The position numbers and the translations under genes are program-made. From Eledone cirrhosa (taxonomy: Eukaryota), in NCBI GenBank assembly GCA_964016885.1, contig OZ024742.1, forward strand, positions 295,616,001 to 295,680,000: a DNA stretch of 64,000 nucleotides. Reading direction: 5' to 3'. This document shows, piece by piece, positions 52,101-63,449 of the stretch (positions are counted from its first letter, which is position 1; each line of letters begins with the position of its first letter). The notes beneath the pieces are model-generated. The model did not search any database. It saw only the letters and a list, made by a program, of their open reading frames with translations, and was not told the origin of the DNA.

Positions 52101-53509
52101 TAGCTCTCATCACTTCTGCCTAAGTCTTCTCCAGTTTTCCTCTACTGCAAGTTCTTTCCACTAGAACTTCGTTTCCCTTATATATGTAGGTATCCATGTC
52201 AATATTTATATCCTGCAACCTAGTGGTTCAATAAAAAGAGATTGGCAAAATAAAAACCAGCCTCGAAAAAAATGAATACAGAGGTCAATATGATTGACTA
52301 GATCCCTTCAAAGTATATTTGATTCTGCTTGCTACCCAGCATTTCTCAGTAAATAATGGTTTCTTATATAGGCACAAGGTCAGCAATTTTGGGGGAGGGA
52401 AAAGTCAATTAAATCGACCCCAGTGCATTACTGGTACTTTATTTTGTCGACTCCGTAAGGATGAAAGGCAAAGTTAACCTCGGTGGGATTAGAAATCAGA
52501 AAATAATGCATTATTGGTTGCCAGCTTGTTGAATGAGAATCATGGTACTTTTACATGAATATATATCAGAAAATGCTTACACACACACACACAGTCTTAC
52601 AATATATCATCACCCTTGTCTTGAACTTTGCCAATTGAATCCCATGGGGTTGTGGATATATCTTGTCATGAGAAAACAATGTTCATATCTGGAATGCCTT
52701 TGCCTAATTCCATATTACTTTTACTGCATGTACAATTTTAAAACTTGAACAATATATTTATATATATTTAATATTACTTATTTTCGGTTTACAGGACCTC
52801 TATAATATGTGGATACCCAGCATTGAACAGGAAGTAATGCACTGAATTGGAGACTTTTATATTGCCTGAGAATCAGAAATTTGACTGTTGGTAACAGTCG
52901 AAACACTTTAAAAAGAAATTCAAATGGAAACATTTGAAAAAGACAGTGGATGATCACAGGTTTAGTATTATAAAAAAAAGGGAGCAGAATGTGTTGCCTC
53001 AGCTAACATGAAGTTCCATACAAACATAGAAATTCAGAATGTTAGTTTTATAGTGATGGACGTATGAAATAAACACTTACTAAATGTTTTATCAATAGAA
53101 GAAAAAATACTTAAAATCTATAATTCCTGAAATTTACTGTTTAACATAATCTTATGAAAACATTTTTTGTTTTCGATTATAAAAGCTTTAAAGTGTTTAT
53201 ACTTAATACTTCTTAAGGCAATACTATAGAAAGACAATTTAGAAGTGTTTTAAGCCATCTAATTTAAAGAATCCTTAATTTATTATAATTACAAAACTTG
53301 AAATTATAAAATTAGTGAAACATTAGTTATAGCAAATAAGGGAGAAAGTTCTTTTACTTTTTTAGGGTGATAGTAAACAAAGAAGCACTACACTAATTAT
53401 TAAACAAATTTTAATTTTAACCCTTTTGATACCAAACTGCAGTTCTAATTTCTAAACTGTTTATTTTAAAAATGTTTATTATCTAAAACCTTCCATCATA
53501 ATTTCAGTC

Positions 53510-53790
53510 ACTCTCTGGCAGGTTTGTGGTTGAGCCCATAGCTGTGGAGATATCTGATGTCGTTGGCCCTAAGACAACCTCCTACTCACCACCATCAGCA
53601 TGGAGTTGGCTACTCACAGGTATGAGCCTCGTGTGCTGGAATGGCTCTTCCAACGTGTCTTCCCCACCATCCTCCGGAGAAATGCCTTCTCTATTCTATT
53701 GGCCGGGGCCTCCAGGTGGCTAATATGGGGCTCTTATTTGCTTATAATAGTGAGAGATGGGCAGAGTGAGAGGGATGGAGACAGTGACTA
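53510..53790 (+). mobile_element. CRE-like RLE 3' fragment
   Basis: LSGRFVVEPIAVE.. then, after a frameshift, EPRVLEWLFQRV..ILRRNAFSIL; homologous to 25790-26010. Confidence 0.75.
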
Positions 53791-55369
53791 TACCAGTATT
53801 GCTGAAGTATTTTTTAGAGTTAAAGGTTAAGAGATTTCATTACTAACTTTCTCATTTAATTACAAAACTTTAAGTTATGTTCCAAATAGCAGCTTAACCA
53901 TTTTAATACCAACCAAGCTAACACAAGCTCTGGTTCCATGAAACAAAATTTCTCATTTTATAGGGTTCCTATTTAAATTAAAATCTTCCAACAATTTGAT
54001 GTAAGAACCAAAACTCTTCCTTATCTTGTGAGCCCATTCCATCAAAATTGTCGGTGAATCAGATATATATTAAAACTTATTCAAATTTATGACTTATTTG
54101 CAGGAATGGGAGCATAAGTCTATGTCCTAACAATTGACAGATTGAAGTAGGAATGAAGGGAGGTTTCCTAGATGGATGGAGAACAAGCTTTTGGAATCCT
54201 TATAAATATATGTCATTAGGGAATAAGAGACCAATATTCTATTAACATTTTCTCTCTTAATGCAAACACTCTTACCCTTTCCCTTTGTCTGTCTCTTTTT
54301 TTATGTGTCTCTCTATTCCCGTATTCTAGTCTCTCTCTCTCTTTCAGCACAACAGCATTGTTTATGAGGAACAGTAAGGGGATTTGTTACTAAAGTCGTA
54401 ATAGGGACAGAGAAAGAGAAATAAATAGCAAGAGAGAGAGTTTTATAAAGAGTTACATATATATATATATACAAACAGATACATGATATGTATTATCATA
54501 TTGGATTAATTGAAATAGATAGTAAATTTGAGAAAAGAACCATATGTTATGTTACTATTTTAGAAAGGAAATAATTTTAGTAAATCCCTCAAAACTTTTC
54601 ATTAATTAATTGAAATAGAATATATTTTATTAGAAATACATTTGAAAATGGGTTAAGAAGGAAATAGTTATTTTACTAAATCCGTCCAAGTTCTTCATTA
54701 TTTTGAAAATTATAGGCAATGTATTTCATTAAAAATATTGTAACGAAAGGGTTAAACAGAAATTCTTGTGTAGAAAATGGTAATGTAGCAGATGTAATAT
54801 TTTGTATTTCAGCAGCTAAAAAAGTTCAGTATTTGGTGGCTAGTGAATGACAACTATTCAGTAAAAATTCAAACTTCTTGAATATCTGTGGGATTTTGAG
54901 CTAAAAAAATTTAGTTTAAATTACTTGAATATTTGAAAAAAACAAAAACCACTTTGTTTTGTTAATACTTTATTTGATAATGTCTGTCACAGTTATATAT
55001 TCACCAAAATTGTTGATAAAATGATATTCACTGACTGCTGGCATTGAAATATTTTTAACAAGTATTTTCAACATGAATTAAATATAACCTTTAACCAAAA
55101 TATAAACGATTTATGAATTGTTTAACCCTTTCACTACCATATTCTAATGAAACACACTGCTTGTGATTCTGAAATAATTTTGAGAATAATGAAGAATGTG
55201 GATGGATTTAGAAACATAATTAACTTTCTCATTATTAAGTTGGTGTTTGAAACAAAGTTTCTTTTATGAAATTAGCAGCTTAGTATTATAGAATAAGGCA
55301 GTTTGGGTATAGAAAGAATTAAACAGAGATTAATATTTTATCTGTTTGTTTTTATCATTTATTCAAGAA

Positions 55370-55662
55370 GGGAGTCACTCCAGGTAGAGCCGCTATTTCT
55401 CCAATACCATGGGCATGTGGTTAGAATGTCTCAGAAAAGAATCGCAGGACAGATTTCACAGACAAAAGCAACTGGCAGGAGACCCAGGTGTAGATCCCAA
55501 GCAAGATGGTTGGATAACTTCCTTGAACTTGTCTGGTTTCGCTTAGGGATCCAGCCAGATCAGTTGAAAATGGTTGCTTCTGACAGGACCTGCTAGAAGG
55601 AGTGTTTGAGGACTCTGCCCCAATGCCCCTCTCAGGAATAAGTGGGTAAAGAAGAAGAAGGA
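55370..55662 (+). mobile_element. 3' end of a second RTE-type (Rex3/Expander-like) LINE
   Basis: GHVVRMSQKRIAGQI..ATGRRPRCRSQARWLD resembles the RTE C-terminus; (GAA)n tail. Confidence 0.7.
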
Positions 55663-56266
55663 AATCACTGTCATCCCTTTTCTAGATCTCTGAAACTGGA
55701 AGGAGAAAGGGAGGAAGGTATGCCTGTACTGAGAATTCTCAGTTTTGCATGGAAACTCACCATCTCGTTCTCTCTCCTATCTGTGTGTGCATGCATGCAT
55801 GCGTGCATGTGTGTGTGTGTACTCCTCGTGGCTGCTTCATTTATAAAATAATATCAAAGGAAATTGGCTTTCACTTTTGAGCAAACAAATATTTCATATT
55901 TTGCTATATGGTGAACCAAATCAATATAATCCGTTCCAACTTAAACCATTCCATACTTATATATGTGGTATTAATGAAGGTATCAATAACTTTTTATCTA
56001 AATATATGTAACTAAACAGTTTTTATTATTCAATCTGTTATTTCAGTATTACCATTACAAAGGAAGCAATAGTTACATACTTAAAAAGATTTATCCAATG
56101 AATAGCAAAATAAAAAATATACACACACACACACATATATATATACACACACACACACATATATATGAATACACGTGCGTTTTCTCAAAAAAAATGTTTC
56201 TATTCCTTCGTCTTCTCTCTATTTCATTTCTCCTTCTATCTCCTGATATATATATATATATATACA

Positions 56267-56313
<47 letters not shown>

Positions 56314-56317
<4 letters not shown>

Positions 56318-59172
56318 TCATCATCATCATCATCATCATCGTTTAACGTCCATATTCCATGCTTGCATGGGTTTGGACGGGAGTTTTCCCCCTTGAGGCA
56401 AGAGTGGTTGTCTTGCTCGCATAGGACTGTCTGGCGGGTTTTCTACAACTGGATGCCATTCCTAACACCAACCACGTTTACAGTGTGGACTGGGAGGTTT
56501 TTACCGTGTTACCTACACGACCACATTACAGTGTGGACTGTGTTTTTTTGTCGTGACACCTACACGACCTCATTTGTTTCGGCCTGGATGTTGTGGCACC
56601 AACATAACTTTACATTGAAAGGGGCGGTGTGGATGAGGTGGGGGTGGTGGGACGGGGTGTATTTTGTTAGAGGTGCCTACTGACTGTAGTAGGTTTTACT
56701 TTGTATTTAGGTAAGGCGGGTCTTCTCTATTACTGAGTACCGCCAAAGATCTCGTTCCAGTGACATTGTCTTAGAGAGGTGTAAGTGTGTGAGGTCGGAA
56801 TTTATCAAGTCGTCCCAGGTTTTTCTGAGTCTGCCTACTCCGTGGCTACCGTCTATCTTTATTGCCCTGCACTTTTTTATACAGCTGTCGTCTTTCATGC
56901 GCATCACGTGACCATATCAATGTAGCCTTCTCTCGAGTAAACAACATCTGATCCCTCTTATTTCTAATGTTTCCCTTAGTTCGTTAATGCTTTGCCATTC
57001 ACGTATATTACTATTACACATCCAGCGAAGCATGCAAGCTTTGTTCCTCTCTAGTCTGCGTATATCCTCTGCACACAATGCCCAGGTCTCACTGACATGC
57101 AACATTGCTGTTCGTATGCAGGCATCATACAACCTGCCTTTCATTTTTAGGGAGAACCCTTTAGCGGCTAATAGTGGTATAAGCTCTCTGAACTTTTTCC
57201 ATCCAGTTCTGACTCTAGCTACTGTACTTTCAGAGCACCCTCCCCCACTGCTGATTTTGTCACCCAGGTAACGGAAGCTGTCCACTATTTCTATAGAACC
57301 CTCTGCGCAATTGAAAGAGCTAGTATTTTGTGGGCACTTGCTGCTACTTATTGCACCAGAGCACCGGCCACATGTAAAATCTATATTCTTAGTTAGCTTA
57401 CCTGTGATCCCACTACATCTTTTATGCACCCATACTTTGCATTTGGGACATAAAATGGAGTTTCTACCTACGCCTTTCCTACACACTGAGCATGGCCATT
57501 TCCCGGAAGGGACCGGCGCCTTATTTTCTTTTCTACAAACTAGAACTTTAGTCTTAGCCAGGTTAATTTTAAGGCCTTTTGATTCTAGGCCGTGCTTCCA
57601 TGTTTGGAATTTCTTCTCTAGCTCGGCCATTGATTCAGCTATGAGCGTTAGATCATCTGCGTATAGGAGTTCCCACGGGCAGCCGGTCTTGAACTTCACT
57701 GTTATAGCCTGAAGGGCAATAATAAATAGTAGGGGGCTAAGAACAGAGCCCTGATGAACACCAACTTTTACGCTAAACTCTTCACTATATTCGTTGTTAA
57801 TTCTAACCTTGCCGACTGTTTCTTTATACATGGCTTGTATAGCTCTCACAAGCCATTCATCAACACCTAGTTTTCTAAGAGCCCACCAGATAATGGAACA
57901 GGGGACTCTGTCGAAGGCTTTCTCCAAGTCGACAAAAGCTAAGTATAGGGGTTTACTTTTAGCTAGGTCCTTCTCCTGTAGTTGTTGTACAATGAAAAGA
58001 GCGTCTGTGGTACTTTTGCCTGACACAAACCCGAACTGCATTTCATCTAGATCAATTCACTCTCTGATTAGTTGCACTATTACTTTTCCATGACCTGGTC
58101 GATTCATTTAATACCTCTATAGTTACTCCTATCTAGGGCATCTCCTTTACCCTTGTAACAGTTAATGATGATGCTGCTACGACAGTCCTTCGGAACAACC
58201 CCATTCTGTATGACTTGGTTTACTATCCGGGTGACCATGGTGTGTCCCACCGTTCCAGAGGCTTTCAGCATCTCAGCAACTATTTCCGAAGGCCCAGCCG
58301 CCTTACCCGTCTTCATATCTTTGATTGCCTTACTTATTATACTACCTTCGACTAACACTGCTGGTCCCTCTATTGGGTCGATGTGGGGGAGACTGTCTTT
58401 CTCCCATTTATTCTCCTCATTTAGTAGCCTTTCGTAGTGACACTTCCAAGCTACCTTCTTATCAGCATCAGTGATGGCAAGTATGCCATCATCATTAAGT
58501 ACACACTTCTCCCCAACAATATCACGGTTTTCCTTGACACATTGCCTAGCAATCCTGAACACCTCACGTTTTTGGTCCTCGCGTTGTAGAACATGCTTGA
58601 ACTTTCTTTCCTCTGCTTCCCTTCTTGCGAAGTACACTTGTCTCCTAGCTTCCCTCCTGGCCACTTGATAGTCTTCTCTACTTCCCCCATCCCGCCATAC
58701 TTTCCAAGCCTGCTTTTTGGCCTTAATTGACTCCTCCACCTTACTGTTCCACCACCATGTTACTCTCCTCCTGCCTATAGGCCTGCTCCAGCCACAGACT
58801 TCGTCTGCTGCCATCAGCAGGTTTGCTTTCAGGAATTCCCACTGTTCCTCTATATTGTACGACTCTAAATGCTCTTCCTTACTGTCGAAAGCATCAAGTA
58901 ATATGCTTTGAAATTTATTTCTGGCTGTGGGGTCCTTTAGCTTCCATATTTTTCTGCTGAGGATAGTCCTCTTCTGCTGTCGAGTACGTCTCATCCTGAC
59001 TATGAGATCGCTAATTATCTGTCTATGTTGGGAAGTGCATTCTTCATGGGGGAGGGATTTAGTGTTTACAACAGACACTCTGTCACGTCTTCTGGTAAGG
59101 ATATAATCTACCTGGCTGGTATGTTCCCCTGATCTGTAGGTGATCAAGTGATTGTCTCGTTTTTTGAAGTTA
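56314..59172 (-). mobile_element. RTE-clade non-LTR retrotransposon (copy A), 5'-truncated, disrupted
   Basis: ORFs 58104-59249, 56917-58041 and 56707-56907 are near-identical to the copy B protein. The tail reads (ATC)n on + at 56314-56340. It has stops and a small deletion near 58090. Confidence 0.95.
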
Positions 59173-59258
59173 TACACATATGTATGTTTATATATACATA
59201 CACATATGTATATATATACATACACATATGTGTATATATATATATACATAATTAAAAT

Positions 59259-59870
59259 ACCTCACGTTTTTGGTCCTCACGTTGTAGAACATGCTTGAAC
59301 TTTCTTTCCTCTGCTTCCCTTCTTGCGAAGTACACTTGTCTCCTAGCTTCCCTTCTGGCCACTTGATAGTCTTCTCTGCTTCCCCCATCCCGCCATACTT
59401 TCCAAGCCTGCTTTTTGGCCTTAATTGACCCCTCCACCTTACTGTTCCACCACCATGTTACTCTCCTCCTGCCTACAGGCCTGCTCCAGCCACAGACTTC
59501 GTCTCCCGCCGTCAGCAGGTTTGCTTTCAGGAATTCCCACTGTTTCTCTACCTTGTACGTCTCTAATTGCTCTTCCTCACTGTCGAAAGCATCAAGTAAT
59601 ATGCTTTGGAATTTATTTCAGGCTGTGGGGTCCTTTAGCTTCCATATTTTTCTACTGAGGATAGTCCTCTTCTGCTGTCGAGTACGTCTCATCCTGACTA
59701 TGAGGTCGCTAATTATCTGTCTATGTTGGGAAGTGCATTCTTCATGGGGGAGGGATTTAGTGTTTACAACAGACACTCTGTCACGTCTTCTGGTAAGGAT
59801 ATAATCTACCTGGCTGGTATGTTCCCCTGATCTGTAGGTGATCAAGTGATTGTCTCGTTTTTTGAAGTTA
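59259..59870 (-). mobile_element. Extra internal RTE segment in the A/B junction
   Basis: Direct duplicate of 58561-59172 and inverse of ~60248-60859, followed by a second copy of the TA/CA filler. Confidence 0.9.
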
Positions 59871-59947
59871 TACACATATGTATGTTTATATATACATACA
59901 CATATGTATATATATACATACACATATGTGTATATATATATATATAC

Positions 59948-62722
59948 ATAATTAAAATAAGACTTGTCCTCAATAGAACTACGGTGACAGTAATATCCGC
60001 GTATGCACCCCAATCCGGACTGCCCAGCACTATAAAAGACAGATTCTATGAGACACTGATGCTCACTACCTCCCAAATAACCGACAGTGACTATATAATT
60101 ATTGCAGGTGACCTAAACGGTCACGTTGGACAACATTGTGACGGCTACGACGAAATCCATGGAGGCTATGGGTTTGGTACTAGAAATGAGGAAGGCTCCA
60201 GAATCCTGGAATTCTGCAACGCAAATAACCTAACTATCGGCAACACTAACTTCAAAAAACGAGACAATCACTTGATCACCTACAGATCAGGGGAACATAC
60301 TAGCCAGGTAGATTATATCCTTACCAGAAGACGTGACAAAGTGACTGTCGTAAACACTAAATCCCTCCCCCATGAAGAATGCACTTCCCAACATAGACTG
60401 ATAATTAGCGACCTAATAGTCAGGACGAGACGTACTAGACAACAGAAGAGGACTATCCTCAGGAGAAAAATATGGAAGCTAAAGGACCCCACAGCCAAAA
60501 ATAAATTCCAAAGCATATTACTTGATGCTTTCGACAGTGAGGAAGAGCAATTAGAGACGTACAAGGTAGAGAAACAGTGGGAATTCCTGAAAGCAAACCT
60601 GCTGATGGCGGCAGACGAAGTCTGTGGCTGGAGCAGGCCTGTAGGCAGGAGGAGAGTAACATGGTGGTGGAACAGTAAGGTGGAGGGGTCAATTAAGGCC
60701 AAAAAGCAGGCTTGGAAAGTATAGCGGGATGGGGGAAGTAGAGAAGACTATCAAGTGGCCAGGAGGGAAGCTAGGAGACAAGTGTACTTCGCAAGAAGGG
60801 AAGCAGAGGAAAGAAAGTTCAAGCATGTTCTACAACGTGAGGACCAAAAACGTGAGGTGTTCAGGATTGCTAGGCAATGTGTCAAGGAAAACAGTGATAT
60901 TGTCGGGGAGAAGTGTGTACTTAACGATGATGGCGTACTTGCCATCACCGACGCCGATAAGAAGGTAGCTAGGAAGTGTCACTATGAAAGGCTACTAAAT
61001 GAGGAGAATAAATGGGAGAAAGACAGTCTCCCCCACATCGACCCAATAGAGGGACCAGCACTGTTAGTCGAGGGTAGTATAATAAGTAAGGCAATCAAAG
61101 ATATGAAGACAGGCAAGGCGGCTGGGCCTTCGGAAATAGTTGCTGAGATGCTGAAGGCATCTGGTACGGTGGGACACACCATGGTCACCCGGATAGTCAA
61201 CCAAGTCATACAGAATGGGGTTGTTCCGAAGGACTGGTGTAGCAGCATTATCGTTAACTGTTATAAGGGTAAAGGAGATGCCCTAGATAGGAGTAACTAT
61301 AGAGGCATTAAATTAATCGACCAGGTCATGAAGGTCACGGAAAAAGTAATAGCGCAACTAATCAGAGAGTGAATTGATCTAGATGAAATGCAGTTCGGGT
61401 TTGTGTCAGGAAAAAGTACCACAGATGCTCTTTTCATTGTACGACAACTACAGGAGAAGTACCTAGCTAAAAGTAAACCCCTATACTTAGCTTTCGTTGA
61501 CTTGGAGAAGGCCTTCGACAGAGTCCCCCGTTCCATTATCTGGTGGGCTCTTAGAAAACTAGGTGTTGATGAATGGCTTGTGAGAGCTATACAAGCCATG
61601 TATAAAGAAACAGTCAGCAAGGTTAGAATTAACAACGAATATAGTGAAGAGTTTAGTGTAAAAGTTGGTGTTCATCAGGGCTCTGTTCTTAGCCCCCTAC
61701 TATTTATTATTGCCCTCCAGGCTATAACAGTGGAGTTCAAGACCGGCTGCCCATGGGAACTCCTATACGCAGATGATCTAACGCTCATAGCTGAATCAAT
61801 GGCCGAGCTAGAGAAGAAATTCCAAACATGGAAGCACGGCCTAGAATCAAAAGGCCTTAAAATTAACCTGGCTAAGACTAAAGTTCTAGTTTGTAAGAAA
61901 GAAAATAAGGCGGCGGTCCCCTCCGGGAAGTGGCCATGCGCAGAGTGTAGGAAAGGTGTAGGTAGAAATTCCATTTTGTGTCCCAAATGCAAAGTTTGTA
62001 TGCATAAAAGATGTAGTGGGATCACAGGTAAGCTAACTAAGAACATAGATTTTACATGTGGCCGGTGTTCTGGGGCAATGAGTAGCAGCAAGTGCCCACA
62101 AAATACTAGCTCTTTCAACTGCGCAGAGGGTTCTATAGAAATAGTGGACAGCTTCCGTTACCTGGGTGACAAAATCAGCAGTGGGGGAGGGTGCGCTGAA
62201 AGTACAGTAGCTAGAGTCAGAATTGGGTGGAAAAAGTTCAGAGAGCTTATACCACTATTAGCCGCTAAAGGGTTCTCCCTAAAAATGAAAGGTAGGCTGT
62301 ACGATGCCTGCATACGAACAGCAATGTTGCATGGCAGTGAGACCTGGGCATTGTGTGCAGAGGATATACGCAGACTAGAGAGAAACGAAGCTTGCATGCT
62401 CCGCTGGATGTGTAATAGTAATATACGTGAACGACAAAGCATAAACGAACTAAGGAAAAAATTAGAAATAAGAGGGATCAGATGTTGTTTACTAGAGAGA
62501 AGGCTACGTTGGTATGGTCACGTGATGCGCATGAAGGACGATAGCTGTATAACAAAGTGCAGGGCAATAAAGATAGACGGTAGCCACGGAATAGGCAGAC
62601 CCAGAAAAACCTGGGACGAGCTGATAATCTCCGACCTCACACACTTACACCTCACCAAGACAATGTCACTGGACCGATACTTTTGGCGGTACTCAGTAAT
62701 AGAGAAGACCCGCCTTACCTAA
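59948..62722 (+). pseudogene. Interrupted RTE ORF: APE endonuclease + reverse transcriptase + PHD-like zinc finger
   Basis: Track ORFs 59846-60724, 60755-61372 and 61388-62722 share one frame and are separated only by single stop codons. Confidence 0.9.
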
Positions 62723-63111
62723 ATACAAAGTAAAACCTACTACAGTCAGTAGGCATCTCTAACAAAATACACCCCCGTCCCACCACCCCCACCCCATCCA
62801 CACCGCCCCCTTCTATGTAAAGTTATGTTGGTGCCACACCATCCAGGCCGAAACAAATGAGATCGTGTAGGTGTCACGACAAAAAAACACACAGTCCACG
62901 CTGTAATGTGGCCGTGTAGGCAACACGGTAAAAACCTCCCAGACCCACACTGTAAATGTGGTTGGTGTTAGGAAGGGCATCCAACTGTAGAAAACCTGCC
63001 AGACAGTCCTATGCGAGCAAGACAATCACTCTTGCCTCAAGTGGGAAAACCCCTGTCCAAACCCATGCAAGCGTGGAACACGGACGTTAAACGTTGACGA
63101 TGATGATGATG
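59948..63111 (+). mobile_element. RTE-clade non-LTR retrotransposon (copy B), 5'-truncated, two premature stops
   Basis: One frame carries APE endonuclease motifs (VISAYAPQ, AGDLNGHVG, SQVDYIL, SQHR) and RT motifs (QFGF, FVDLEKAFDRV, GVHQGSVLSP, LLYADDL, YLG), then C-terminal RLRWYGHV..GRPRKTW, a 3' UTR and a (GAT)n tail at ~63092-63111. In-frame stops: TAG 60722-60724 and TGA 61370-61372. Confidence 0.95.
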
Positions 63112-63449
63112 TGTATGTGTGTATATATATATATATATACATACATATATATGTTTATAGAATTCTTTCTGCCTTTGTTACTCTAAATATAAATTATAGC
63201 TTTAAAGAATTAGCTTTTAATGAATTCCCTTTTCTATCAACCAATAACCTCTACCCATCCCACTCCCTACCCTCTCCTACTACCTGAAGAGACCTATAAA
63301 TACCATATTTATTTTTTGATACCCAGATTTGTGATGATTTCTAAAGAATGAAACAGTTCTAGTCCTGTAGAATCTCATCTATATTAAAACTTATATACAT
63401 ATGTATATATATACACACATATATATGTATATATATAGAGAGAGAGCGA

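Noticed and set aside
58104-60076. N-terminal MYIYIY.. extensions of the RTE ORFs
   Set aside because: They come from the TA/CA filler and are not real element starts.
56987-62442. ORFs antisense to the RTE copies
   Set aside because: Shadow frames of the LINE ORF; they recur only because the element is duplicated.
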